A stretch of 48,933 nt of DNA from the IMG/VR virus record IMGVR_UViG_3300031892_000003, positions 1 to 48,933 of that record. One strand, given 5' to 3'. The notes under the pieces were generated by a model. That model searched no databases, was not told the origin of the DNA, and saw only the letters and a list, made by a program, of their open reading frames with translations. Every line of letters starts with the position of its first letter. The stretch's first letter is position 1. The DNA is from a virus. Lineage: Duplodnaviria > Caudoviricetes. Shown here piece after piece: positions 25,834-33,842 of this stretch. The position numbers and the translations under genes are program-made.

Positions 25834-25877
25834 TGGTGCGGGGGGAGACTGGCACTGAGGCAACAGTCTCCCCCCAC
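25834..25877 (-). ncRNA. CCA-ended minihelix (tRNA acceptor mimic)
   Basis: GTGGGGGGAGACTG-12nt loop-CAGTCTCCCCCCGC-ACCA: a 14-bp stem followed exactly by discriminator plus CCA. Confidence 0.6.
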
Positions 25878-25882
25878 AGAAT

Positions 25883-25966
25883 TGGCGCGCGGGGAGGGGC
25901 TTTCACCATCAACATCCTGACGGTGGGTACAACCCACCACAGGCGCTCTGCCGGAGCAGCCCACGC
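25883..25966 (-). tRNA. tRNA-like RNA with extended anticodon arm
   Basis: Acceptor GCGTGGG/CCCGCGC-G-CCA, D stem GCTC/GAGC, arm CCTG-T-GGTGGG-TTGTA-CCCACC-GT-CAGG, atypical T arm GATGG-TGAAAGC-CCCTC. Confidence 0.72.
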
Positions 25967-25972
25967 GAAATT

Positions 25973-26049
25973 TGGTGCCCAAGGGCAGAATTGAACTGCC
26001 GTCCTCCCGGGTCATTACTCCGGGTGCTCCTTCTCCGAGCTGCTCGGGC
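25973..26049 (-). tRNA. tRNA-like RNA with 9-nt non-canonical anticodon loop
   Basis: Acceptor GCCCGAG/CTTGGGC-A-CCA, D stem GCTC/GAGC, CCCGG-AGTAATGAC-CCGGG, T arm GGCAG-TTCAATT-CTGCC. Confidence 0.82.
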
Positions 26050-26125
26050 GGACACTGCTGCAAGGGTGCGCTGTCGCGCTGACGCTCAATGCATAGGGGC
26101 CCGCTACCTGGAGCCACTCGCCAAG

Positions 26126-27019
26126 TCAAAGCAATTTTTTCTCCCGCAAGCGTTTGCCCGTCGTGTTGACCCACTTCTTGATGGCCTCGGCTTCGGGTAG
26201 TTCGCTGTAGGCGGCTATCGCCATGCGCCGAAACTCCGGAGTCATCTTGATGCCGCCGGGGCTCGATGAGCTGCCGCCGCCGCCGCTCGATGGGACGCCG
26301 CTCATGCGCGCCTTGTCGCTCGCGGATGGGGCCTTCTTCGGGCCCAGCTTGAAGGTGGTGAGCGTCTCCTGCATCACGTCATCCACCAGGTCGGCGGTCT
26401 CCGGCTCCCCGAGCGCGAGCCGCCGCTTGAAGGTCGCCTCCGCGTACTGGTGCGCGCGCGGGTCCCGGTAGACCTCGGGGTACTTGTTGACCCAAACCTG
26501 GCGCGCGCTCTCTTGCCGCTGCCGGAAGCGCTCGCCCTCTAGCGCCTGCTCGGTGTGGATGCGGGTCTTTCGGCTCTCGACTTCGCGCGCGATCTTCTCG
26601 TAGTGGCGCTGCCGTTCATCCGTCCAGGTTCCCGCCTTGATCTCGGCTTGGGCGGAGTTGTAGGCCTCGGTCTGCATCTCGTAGACCGCGTCGAGCTCGC
26701 GATCCCAGCGGCTCTTGCCGTCGGTGGGGGGAGCCACCTGTGGCTGGTTGACGCGCCCGCGCAATTCCGCGAGCTCGTTCCGGAGCGCGGCCTGCTCCTC
26801 CTTGAGCCGGGAGACCTCCGCCTTGCTCTGCTTGCCGTCGTCGAGCAGCGTCTTGATGCGCTCGCTGCGCTTCTTCTGGCGTGTGATGCGCTCCTCGGGG
26901 CTCGCCGTCGGGGAGTCTTCGGCGAGCAGGTCCTCGCCGGTCTCCTTCTCCTTTTCGTCATCGGAGAAGGGGATGGCGCTGGATACGCCGTCCGGGTCGC
27001 CTTGCATGTAGTCACTCAT
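26126..27019 (-). CDS. Scaffolding protein (putative)
   Basis: Acidic N-terminus, coiled coil, C-terminal helical hairpin; between portal and capsid. Confidence 0.75.
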   Translation of the reverse strand: MSDYMQGDPDGVSSAIPFSDDEKEKETGEDLLAEDSPTASPEERITRQKKRSERIKTLLDDGKQSKAEVSRLKEEQAALRNELAELRGRVNQPQVAPPTDGKSRWDRELDAVYEMQTEAYNSAQAEIKAGTWTDERQRHYEKIAREVESRKTRIHTEQALEGERFRQRQESARQVWVNKYPEVYRDPRAHQYAEATFKRRLALGEPETADLVDDVMQETLTTFKLGPKKAPSASDKARMSGVPSSGGGGSSSSPGGIKMTPEFRRMAIAAYSELPEAEAIKKWVNTTGKRLREKKLL

Positions 27020-27297
27020 TGAACGATCTCCCAATCCTCGGCGAGCAAGTCCGTTTGCGAGCAGAGCCACGGGACGAACTCGCCGCCTGCGGTCCGCATC
27101 ATGATGTAGGGCAGGAACTTGCAGACGGTCCCGAGCTGTAGCCCCGTGGCGTCCGCCGTGTTCTGGTTGATCGGGATGCCGTCCGGGTACCCCTTCTGAT
27201 AGGCGACCCACATCCCTTTGCCGTTCCAGCCGGTGCGGCGCACCTTGTTGCCGTTACGCATCGCTTCAACGGCCCAGCCAATGTCTCTATGTCCCAT
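27016..27297 (-). CDS. DUF2829 / Tad2-like anti-defence protein
   Basis: G.KVRR.GWNGKGMW...PYIMM...VPW..SQTDLLAEDW signature. Confidence 0.88.
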   Translation of the reverse strand: MGHRDIGWAVEAMRNGNKVRRTGWNGKGMWVAYQKGYPDGIPINQNTADATGLQLGTVCKFLPYIMMRTAGGEFVPWLCSQTDLLAEDWEIVQ

Positions 27298-27302
27298 GAT
27301 CC

Positions 27303-28004
27303 TCACCAGGTGTCGTTCACGTACACCGATTGCTTTTTCCGCGTGTCGACCGAGCCGTCTTCCAGAACGCGCCCGATCTGGTGGCTGTAGAAGCCCTCGC
27401 CGCCCACGTCGACCATGCGCTTGTCGCCTTTCATGATCTGCTCTGCCAGGGTCTCGCTGCCGGCGAGATCCGCGTCCCGCATCACGAGGTAGAACATGTC
27501 CTCCTTTTCGAGGCTGTCGCAGCGGCGCGCGAACGGCACATTCTTGTTCGTGGTCACGATGTGGCCGAGCTCGATGCCGTGGCTCATGAGACGGTCGGCA
27601 GCGGTCAGGCCCGCGCTGATGAGCACACCGCGGTGCCCTTCCTGTAGGTCCTTCATCTTGGTCTGCGTCGGGCGCACGAGGAACGTCGAGCCCGCCAGCC
27701 TGTCGTCTCCGTCGAACGGGTCGATGGGGAAGACGAAGATGCGATCGAAACAGGCCTGGCTCTTGAAGAAGGCATCCGTGATGCCGTACTTGAGGCGCTG
27801 CGTTTCGAGCAGCGGCGGCAGGCCGAGCCCGCCCGGCGGGCTCATCTTGGCCTTGATGAGCTCGGTGCGCTTGATGGCCCGGTCCCGCTCGAAGTCGCGA
27901 AACAGCGGTTGGCTCTTGGCTAGCTCCTGGTCCATCTCGGACCATGCCGACTTCTTCTCCGGCTCTTTGATCTCGGGGAAGCTGTAGATGGGGGCTTCTT
28001 TCAT
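27303..28004 (-). CDS. GroES-like co-chaperonin with N-terminal extension
   Basis: FDRIFV, RGVLISAG, IELGHIV, YLVMRDADLAG align with GroES DRVLV, GxVVAVG, VKVGDxV, YLIxRExDILA. Confidence 0.6.
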   Translation of the reverse strand: MKEAPIYSFPEIKEPEKKSAWSEMDQELAKSQPLFRDFERDRAIKRTELIKAKMSPPGGLGLPPLLETQRLKYGITDAFFKSQACFDRIFVFPIDPFDGDDRLAGSTFLVRPTQTKMKDLQEGHRGVLISAGLTAADRLMSHGIELGHIVTTNKNVPFARRCDSLEKEDMFYLVMRDADLAGSETLAEQIMKGDKRMVDVGGEGFYSHQIGRVLEDGSVDTRKKQSVYVNDTW

Positions 28005-28228
28005 TTCAAAAATTCCTTGATGAATTGCCCCGCGTCGTTGTTCAGCGCGCGAATCGCGACGAGCAAGCGCCCGCATAGCTCCGCCTCGTGGGCGAGGATG
28101 CGGACCGGGGTGTAGTCGGTGTGGTTGGAGTCGGCGGTGGCCCAGGCGTGCGCCTGCTGCAGCTTCTCTTGCCGGAGCTGGATCAGGTACTGCTCGAACA
28201 GCCCGAGCTCGCGCATGTCAGCAGACAA
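28001..28228 (-). CDS. Hypothetical protein
   Basis: Co-oriented ORF coupled to neighbours; start uncertain. Confidence 0.6.
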   Translation of the reverse strand: MSADMRELGLFEQYLIQLRQEKLQQAHAWATADSNHTDYTPVRILAHEAELCGRLLVAIRALNNDAGQFIKEFLK

Positions 28229-28454
28229 CCGCGCCGCCGCCGCCGGTGAAGGGGTAAGTCTTGAGCCAATCGATCGGCGGGGTCGCCGGGGCGGGCTGCG
28301 GCACCTCGGGTTTCATGTGCTGGAACACGAGCTGCAGGTGCTCGCGAACACATTGGCTCTGCTGCGCGCTGAACGGTATCGCGCCCGATTGCCCCTTGGG
28401 GTCCAGGATCTCGAAGTAGCCCTGTAGCCAGTAGACGAAGTCGCGTGAGGTCAT
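28218..28454 (-). CDS. Phage hypothetical protein
   Basis: MTSRDFVYWLQGYFE...HL.LVF; ATGA overlap with upstream stop. Confidence 0.7.
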   Translation of the reverse strand: MTSRDFVYWLQGYFEILDPKGQSGAIPFSAQQSQCVREHLQLVFQHMKPEVPQPAPATPPIDWLKTYPFTGGGGAVVC

Positions 28455-28792
28455 AGGAGCTTTCCCCCGTGCCGCACGGGGCGGAGCTGGTTGTAGCCGT
28501 GCTTGATCTTCACGGCCTGGTCGAGGTCGACCTTCATCGCGCCGCACAGGTCGAACACGCGCAGCAGAATGTCCGCCAGCTCGATGGGGAGCCCGACGGG
28601 CTTGCCCTTGCTGTCGTAGGAGATGGTGGTGTTGTCGTCGCGCACGTCTTCTAGCGCCTCGCTCACCTCGCTGTGAATGAGAGCTAGCTGTGCCGCTGCC
28701 CAGAGAGGGAACGGGTCAACCCCGTCCTGTTCGTGCCAGCCCTTGTTCTTGGCTACGGCGTAGGCGTTGTCGCGCCATTCATTGAGGTTCAT
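28451..28792 (-). CDS. MazG-like nucleotide pyrophosphohydrolase
   Basis: LALIHSEVSEALE...ELADILLRVFDL...K..YN..R..RHG. Confidence 0.85.
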   Translation of the reverse strand: MNLNEWRDNAYAVAKNKGWHEQDGVDPFPLWAAAQLALIHSEVSEALEDVRDDNTTISYDSKGKPVGLPIELADILLRVFDLCGAMKVDLDQAVKIKHGYNQLRPVRHGGKLL

Positions 28793-31047
28793 GCTGCCCT
28801 CGGGGGTGGGGGTTGTTGCGGGGGTTGCTGCGGCGGCTTCGGCTGCCCGTTGTTGTTCGCGGGCTTACCGGGAGGCCCAGGCGGTTGCGCACCCGGGCCC
28901 CCCGGTGGCGCCATGCCCGGAGGCATCGGTGGGGGCGCGGGCGGGCTGGTTGGAACACCAAACTGTTGCGGCGCCTGCGGCGGGGCCCCGAGCAAGCTGA
29001 TGAGGTCGTAGCGATTGCGGGCTTCCAGGCTCTTGCTGATTACGGCGTGCTTGAAGGCGTAATTGGCAGCGAGCTCGGGCACCGCGTTCGGCATCTGCAC
29101 GAGCGCGTCCGCTTCGCTGATGCGTTGGGACGTGCTCGTGAACTTCAGGTCAGCGCTGATTTCCACGTCGTAGGGGCGGTCGTACATCTCGCGGCCCACG
29201 CTGAACGTCTGCCGCCCGAGCGGGCCGAGCGAGGGGTCGTGGTTGTTGACGGAGAAGAACTCGGCGTCGTCGAGGAAGATGGCGTTGAGCGCGGCGTTGT
29301 TCTCCAGCACCTGCGACAGAAAGTCCGCGTACTTGCCTGTGGGTACGCTGAGCATCTTGGTCGCCTGCTCGATGCGGGAGCTGAGGCCCGAGGCTGTTTC
29401 ACCGCTCTTGCCCGCTTCGCCGGACAGCACCTCGGGGGTATTGGAGACGCTGTTGGCGAACTTGGTCAGCATCTCGATCAGCTGGATCAGCTGCGGGTTG
29501 GCTTCCCCGAAGTCGAGCGGCAGCACGTCCCGCGACAGGTCCGTCGCGTTCAGCATCTTGTGCATCTTGCCCGGCTCGATCGTGAACTTCTCCTCGAACC
29601 GCACGTCGCCCTTGACCAGGAACTGCTTGAAGTTGGCGAGAAACGCCTGGTCGATGAAGGCGCTGAGGCCCACGTTCGCGGCCTTGTTCTGCGCGGCGTG
29701 GATACTGCCCGTGCCGAGGCCGAGCACGCCTTGAATCGGCTCGATGTTGACCCCGTGCGCGAACATCTGAATGGGCCGCATCTCCGGCGGCCGGGGCTTG
29801 GCGTTCGGGTCGCCCTTCATCCAATCCGGCATCTGTGGCGCGGGCGGGGGCGGCATCTCCTCGATGGCCCGGGCCATGGCGATGCCCTGGGTCGGGCCCT
29901 CGCCCTCCGGGTCCATGCTGTGCGCCATGGCCAGCGCCGAGCGCCGCGTCTCTTCCTGCTCCTGCTGAAACGCCTGCAGCTCCTGTTGCGCGGCCTGGAA
30001 CTGCTGTAGCTGCTTCGTCTCGAACTCGAAGCGCCGCTTGTCGTACGGGTCGACCCGCTCGTGGATGTTGAGTGAGAGCACCGTCTGCGTCTGGTGGTCG
30101 ATGATGACCTTGCAGTAGCGATCGCGCGGCTCCTGCTCCTCCTCGCCCTCCTTGGGCGCAGTCGACGGTGGCAGGTTCAGCCAGCCCTCGTACTGGATGA
30201 TCTTGTACTGCGTGGACTTGTAGGAGGAGCTGTCGACGCCGAGGCTCTTGTCCACGACCTCGCGCAGCTCCTGGGTGAGGTTGCCCTCGTCCCATGCGGG
30301 GGGCAGGCTCTTGAGCGTGGTTGCGACGTCTTCCCACGCGCTCGCCTGCTTGCGGAGCTCGTGGGCGTCCATGAACAGGATTTTGGCGACCCAGGACACA
30401 TCCGAGTAGTCCGGCATGGTCGAGATGTGAGCCGAGGCGCACACGAACTCGTTCGCGGTCAGCACCTCGTGCCGGTTGTAGCGGCGCTGCGGGTCCCAAT
30501 AGGAGTGGCAGGTAACGTCGCCGAACAGGTCGAAGCAGAGCAGGCCCCGGTGCCCGAGCTGGCGCTTGAAGTCCTTGATGCGCTTTCGGATCTGCCAGTT
30601 GCCGTGCAGGCTGAGGATCTTCGCCGTGTGCTCGTCATCGGGCCCGATGGGGGTCACGCCGAACACGCTCGTCCAGTTGCCAAACAGCTCGTACGCTTGG
30701 CGGCTGGTCATGCGCACCGTGTTCTCCATCAGGATGGGCACGTGCGCGTTGGCCATCTTGTCGAAGGGTGGGCCCTTGTCGTCGAGCACGCCGGAGAAGA
30801 GCTTCCAGATCTCCGCCATCTTCTTGCGGTACTTGTCTTGGGCTTCCCAAGCCGTCTCGAAGTCCGTGATGCATTTTTCGCCCAAGCGCTTGAGCGCGGC
30901 GCGGCCCTCGGGGTGCGCCTTGAACTCGGTCACGAGATTGACCGCGTCCTCGTCATACCCGAAGGGCTCTTCGCTCTTGGTCTCTTGCCCGAGCTCAAAG
31001 AGGCTCACCTCGGTGTCCTCGTTCTCGGGCCTGTCTTCACGTGCCAT
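28789..31047 (-). CDS. Portal protein (P22-like size)
   Basis: 752 aa after terminase; PF..MAN.H.P.L N-terminal motif; Pro/Gln-rich tail. Confidence 0.88.
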   Translation of the reverse strand: MAREDRPENEDTEVSLFELGQETKSEEPFGYDEDAVNLVTEFKAHPEGRAALKRLGEKCITDFETAWEAQDKYRKKMAEIWKLFSGVLDDKGPPFDKMANAHVPILMENTVRMTSRQAYELFGNWTSVFGVTPIGPDDEHTAKILSLHGNWQIRKRIKDFKRQLGHRGLLCFDLFGDVTCHSYWDPQRRYNRHEVLTANEFVCASAHISTMPDYSDVSWVAKILFMDAHELRKQASAWEDVATTLKSLPPAWDEGNLTQELREVVDKSLGVDSSSYKSTQYKIIQYEGWLNLPPSTAPKEGEEEQEPRDRYCKVIIDHQTQTVLSLNIHERVDPYDKRRFEFETKQLQQFQAAQQELQAFQQEQEETRRSALAMAHSMDPEGEGPTQGIAMARAIEEMPPPPAPQMPDWMKGDPNAKPRPPEMRPIQMFAHGVNIEPIQGVLGLGTGSIHAAQNKAANVGLSAFIDQAFLANFKQFLVKGDVRFEEKFTIEPGKMHKMLNATDLSRDVLPLDFGEANPQLIQLIEMLTKFANSVSNTPEVLSGEAGKSGETASGLSSRIEQATKMLSVPTGKYADFLSQVLENNAALNAIFLDDAEFFSVNNHDPSLGPLGRQTFSVGREMYDRPYDVEISADLKFTSTSQRISEADALVQMPNAVPELAANYAFKHAVISKSLEARNRYDLISLLGAPPQAPQQFGVPTSPPAPPPMPPGMAPPGGPGAQPPGPPGKPANNNGQPKPPQQPPQQPPPPRAA

Positions 31048-31258
31048 CGCGTTCCTTCATTGCTTTGGTGATCCAGGCAGGCGTTTCCTGCAGAAACGGC
31101 CACTCGGTATCCACCGCCTTGCGGTAGGCGTCGAGGACCTCGCCGCGGGTGAGTGGCTTCACCTTCGTGCCGCGACCTTCCCGGATCTCCTTCAGGTACG
31201 CTTCGCGTCGCGCCGCGCGCTCCGGGTCGTTCCAGTATCCCTTGGGCTCGTCACTCAT
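31037..31258 (-). CDS. Hypothetical protein
   Basis: ATGA overlap with upstream gene. Confidence 0.6.
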   Translation of the reverse strand: MSDEPKGYWNDPERAARREAYLKEIREGRGTKVKPLTRGEVLDAYRKAVDTEWPFLQETPAWITKAMKERDGT

Positions 31259-31461
31259 ATGTCGTCCGCGCAATTCTGCTGACACGCTTCGCAGCAGTGG
31301 CAGCGGTGGTCGGGGTTCTCATTGACTTGAGTGTGGTATGGGCAGGGGTGCTCGTCCTCACTCCGGCGGTTGGGTTTGGCGCGGATGAGACAGAGGTGCC
31401 CACCGCACGAGGTGAGCGTGCGCACGTTACCGAGCCCGACGGCGGCCTTGCGTGCGGTCAC
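31255..31461 (-). CDS. Small Cys-rich phage protein
   Basis: HPCPY....N....CHCCEACQQNCADDI; GTGA overlap. Confidence 0.65.
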   Translation of the reverse strand: MTARKAAVGLGNVRTLTSCGGHLCLIRAKPNRRSEDEHPCPYHTQVNENPDHRCHCCEACQQNCADDI

Positions 31462-31631
31462 TGAGGCCCTTGTCTCAATGGGTTGCGGGTGACCGGGTGT
31501 TTGATGCATGTCTCGACCACGGGCGCGGTCGCGTCGATGCGCGCGTCGGCGATGACGCACGTCGCGATGGTTGCACTCATCAAGACGATGAAGCCCATGA
31601 TGGTCAACACCCAGCGGAGCTCGTCACTCAT
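31458..31631 (-). CDS. Small membrane protein
   Basis: MSDELRWVLTIMGFIVLMSATIATCVIA single TM; ATGA overlap. Confidence 0.55.
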   Translation of the reverse strand: MSDELRWVLTIMGFIVLMSATIATCVIADARIDATAPVVETCIKHPVTRNPLRQGPQ

Positions 31632-31711
31632 CTCGGCATCACCGTGTTGAGGAACAGGAAGGTGAGCCCGGAGCCCGCGACCAACCCCGCCACGAACACG
31701 AGCAGCAGCAT
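31628..31711 (-). CDS. 27-aa membrane peptide
   Basis: MLLLVFVAGLVAGSGLTFLFLNTVMPR; TGATG coupling to terminase stop. Confidence 0.5.
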   Translation of the reverse strand: MLLLVFVAGLVAGSGLTFLFLNTVMPR

Positions 31712-33216
31712 CACGATCCGTACCCGAATCCGCTCGCCTTGGCGGGACGCTGATCGTCGTTGTCGTTGTCGGGCAGGTCGAACTCGTGTTGCTCCATGAA
31801 GATGCTCCCGAATCCGCGCGATGCGCGCGCGCTGGCGTAGGCGTGCATGTCGAACCAGTGCTTGAGCGGGCTCTTCTTGTCGGGCACGGTGGAGTCGTTT
31901 TCGTCGACCCCGATGCTGGCGAACATCTCTTGGCTCTTCTTGCAATCGCGGAATAGGACGAGTCCTGGCTGCTTGTCGCGGTCGTGGTCGCGCAGCCGCG
32001 CCGCGATGCGCTCGGCGTTGCGTGAGATGCTGGCCTTGTCCGCGGCTTGCCAGTAGACGCCGTAATGCGCGAAGGCCTCCGCCTTACTGCGACCGGAGTC
32101 GCCGCGCTCTTCCCAGAGTTGCGTGTCTGCAACACCGGTAATGCGGCTCATGTTCTTCCTCTTGTTCCAGAAGCCAAAGCGCTTCTCGATGTCGACCACG
32201 CGCTTGGCGACCTCCTCGTCCTTCATCAGGCGGAAGTTGAACTCGTAGAACTGGTAGAGGTTCTCATCCGGGTCCATCGCGAACCAGCCGATGACGCCCG
32301 GGGCCTTGAAGCCCCAGTCCATGCTACGGAACTTGGGCCAGTCGCGCGGGATCTTGAACGGGTCGATGACGTGAACGGCCGGGTTGTAGTCGTCCTCGAA
32401 ATAGCCGCCTTCTACGCTGTCCCAATCACCGTAGAGGTAGCGGGCCCGCATGTGCGACGGCTTGCTGAGCAAACGGAGCTCGTACTGCGCGACGAAATCC
32501 TTGTCGGGGTTGTCGCGGAGCAGAGCCGGCAGGAACAGCCGCGTGCGGTAGGAATTGGTGCCCGTGCGCGGGTTGAAGACCTTTTGGCGCAGAACCACGT
32601 TGCCCTTGGGCTCCGGCGTCACGAATCTGTCCTTGAGCCAGCCTGGCGCCGGGTTGCTCATGAGCCGTGTGCGTAGGAGCAGCATCAGCACCGGATCGGC
32701 GGAGCGAACACGGGCGTCGAGCTCGTCGAGCTGAAATTCCTCGAACTGGTAGGCTTCGTCGAGGCCCAGGTGCGTGTACTGCTTGCTGAGGTAGTCCTGG
32801 TGGCTGTCCTTCTCGCGACAGTGCCCAAACGTCATCTTGTAGCCGCTAGAGAACGTCCAGCAGTGCCGTTCCCGCGAATAGACCGCGTCCGGGTCGAACT
32901 TCGGGAACATGCGCATGGCGCGGTCGATGTTTTCGAGCAATTGCGGCATCGATCGGCGCAGATGCAGCGCGTGGCCCTCGGATTCGCCCCGGCGGATGGG
33001 ATGCTTGCGGCAGAGGTCAGCGAGAGCGGGCGGGAGCTCGTCGAGGAGCTGTCCCGTGGCGCGCGCGTGCTCCACGACCGCCTGGGTGACGATCGGGTCC
33101 CACAGCAGCGTGAGGCTCTTGCCGGGACCGGCGGATCCGCCCCCGAGGACCTCATCGCACGTCGTTTGGTGGAACTTGGTGCTCCACTCCGACGGTGTAT
33201 AAATGGACCTGTCCAA
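31711..33216 (-). CDS. terL: Terminase large subunit
   Basis: Walker A GGSAGPGKS, Walker B LGLDEA, MSNP coupling motif, nuclease MDWGF..P and HWFD. Confidence 0.93.
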   Translation of the reverse strand: MDRSIYTPSEWSTKFHQTTCDEVLGGGSAGPGKSLTLLWDPIVTQAVVEHARATGQLLDELPPALADLCRKHPIRRGESEGHALHLRRSMPQLLENIDRAMRMFPKFDPDAVYSRERHCWTFSSGYKMTFGHCREKDSHQDYLSKQYTHLGLDEAYQFEEFQLDELDARVRSADPVLMLLLRTRLMSNPAPGWLKDRFVTPEPKGNVVLRQKVFNPRTGTNSYRTRLFLPALLRDNPDKDFVAQYELRLLSKPSHMRARYLYGDWDSVEGGYFEDDYNPAVHVIDPFKIPRDWPKFRSMDWGFKAPGVIGWFAMDPDENLYQFYEFNFRLMKDEEVAKRVVDIEKRFGFWNKRKNMSRITGVADTQLWEERGDSGRSKAEAFAHYGVYWQAADKASISRNAERIAARLRDHDRDKQPGLVLFRDCKKSQEMFASIGVDENDSTVPDKKSPLKHWFDMHAYASARASRGFGSIFMEQHEFDLPDNDNDDQRPAKASGFGYGS

Positions 33217-33241
33217 TTCGCGGCCCCCGTAGCCACGATGC

Positions 33242-33263
33242 CTCTGATAGTCTAGGACTATCG
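33242..33263. promoter_or_regulatory. Palindromic operator-like site, copy 2
   Basis: GATAGTC-TAG-GACTATC in the gap upstream of terL; shares CTCTGATAG-N7-CTATC with 25518. Confidence 0.45.
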
Positions 33264-33273
33264 AAAAGCGGGG

Positions 33274-33642
33274 CTAGTCCACGCTGTCGGGAGGGCGGAG
33301 CTCGCGTCGGCTGAGGTAGGACAAGACGGCGAGCACGAGATCGGAGTCGTAGGGCTCGTCCGAGAGCTTCGGGGCTTCCCAGAACTTGAGCGGCTCGTTG
33401 CGTTCGTAGGCGCGGAGGGCCTTGTCGGCGTAGAGCGCGATCAGGAACTTCTCCTCGGCTCGGAGCGGCACCGGCGCGGGCTCGGCGCTCACCCAGTGCT
33501 CGGACTTGGCGGCCATGCGCCGTTCGCCCCGATCGTGGTAGACGATGCGCTTCTCCGGGGCTTCTGCGCCCGGCAGGATCACCTCTTCGACGGTGCCGAC
33601 CATGCCGTCGTCGAGGCGCATCACGCGCATCCCGAGTTTCAC
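33274..33642 (-). CDS. Hypothetical protein
   Basis: GTGA overlap; SH3-like N-terminus MKLGMRV...GMVGTV. Confidence 0.65.
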   Translation of the reverse strand: MKLGMRVMRLDDGMVGTVEEVILPGAEAPEKRIVYHDRGERRMAAKSEHWVSAEPAPVPLRAEEKFLIALYADKALRAYERNEPLKFWEAPKLSDEPYDSDLVLAVLSYLSRRELRPPDSVD

Positions 33643-33842
33643 AGCCCGAGAGCCTCTGCGGCCTCGATGGCCTCGCTGAAAACGTCGGCGTCGTATGCCT
33701 GAGAGGCCACAAACTCGTTTCCTAGGCCAAGGCTCTCAGCGGCGCCGCAGATGAGCCAAACAGTTGGCCAGGTGGTGCGCGGTTGTGGGAAAACGAAGCC
33801 CCCGGTCACGATCGCGCGGATCTCTTTTTCGAGCGGCCCCAT
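33639..33842 (-). CDS. Hypothetical protein
   Basis: GGAGGAG SD, TGATG coupling, MGPLEKEIR... Confidence 0.6.
   Translation of the reverse strand: MGPLEKEIRAIVTGGFVFPQPRTTWPTVWLICGAAESLGLGNEFVASQAYDADVFSEAIEAAEALGL

Noticed and set aside
25883-26049. Suppressor tRNAs or stop-codon recoding
   Set aside because: No canonical 7-nt loop with a CUA, UCA or UUA anticodon in position, and genes read cleanly with the standard code.
26050-26125. Fourth tRNA-like unit upstream of the array
   Set aside because: I could not build an acceptor stem, T arm or CCA end.
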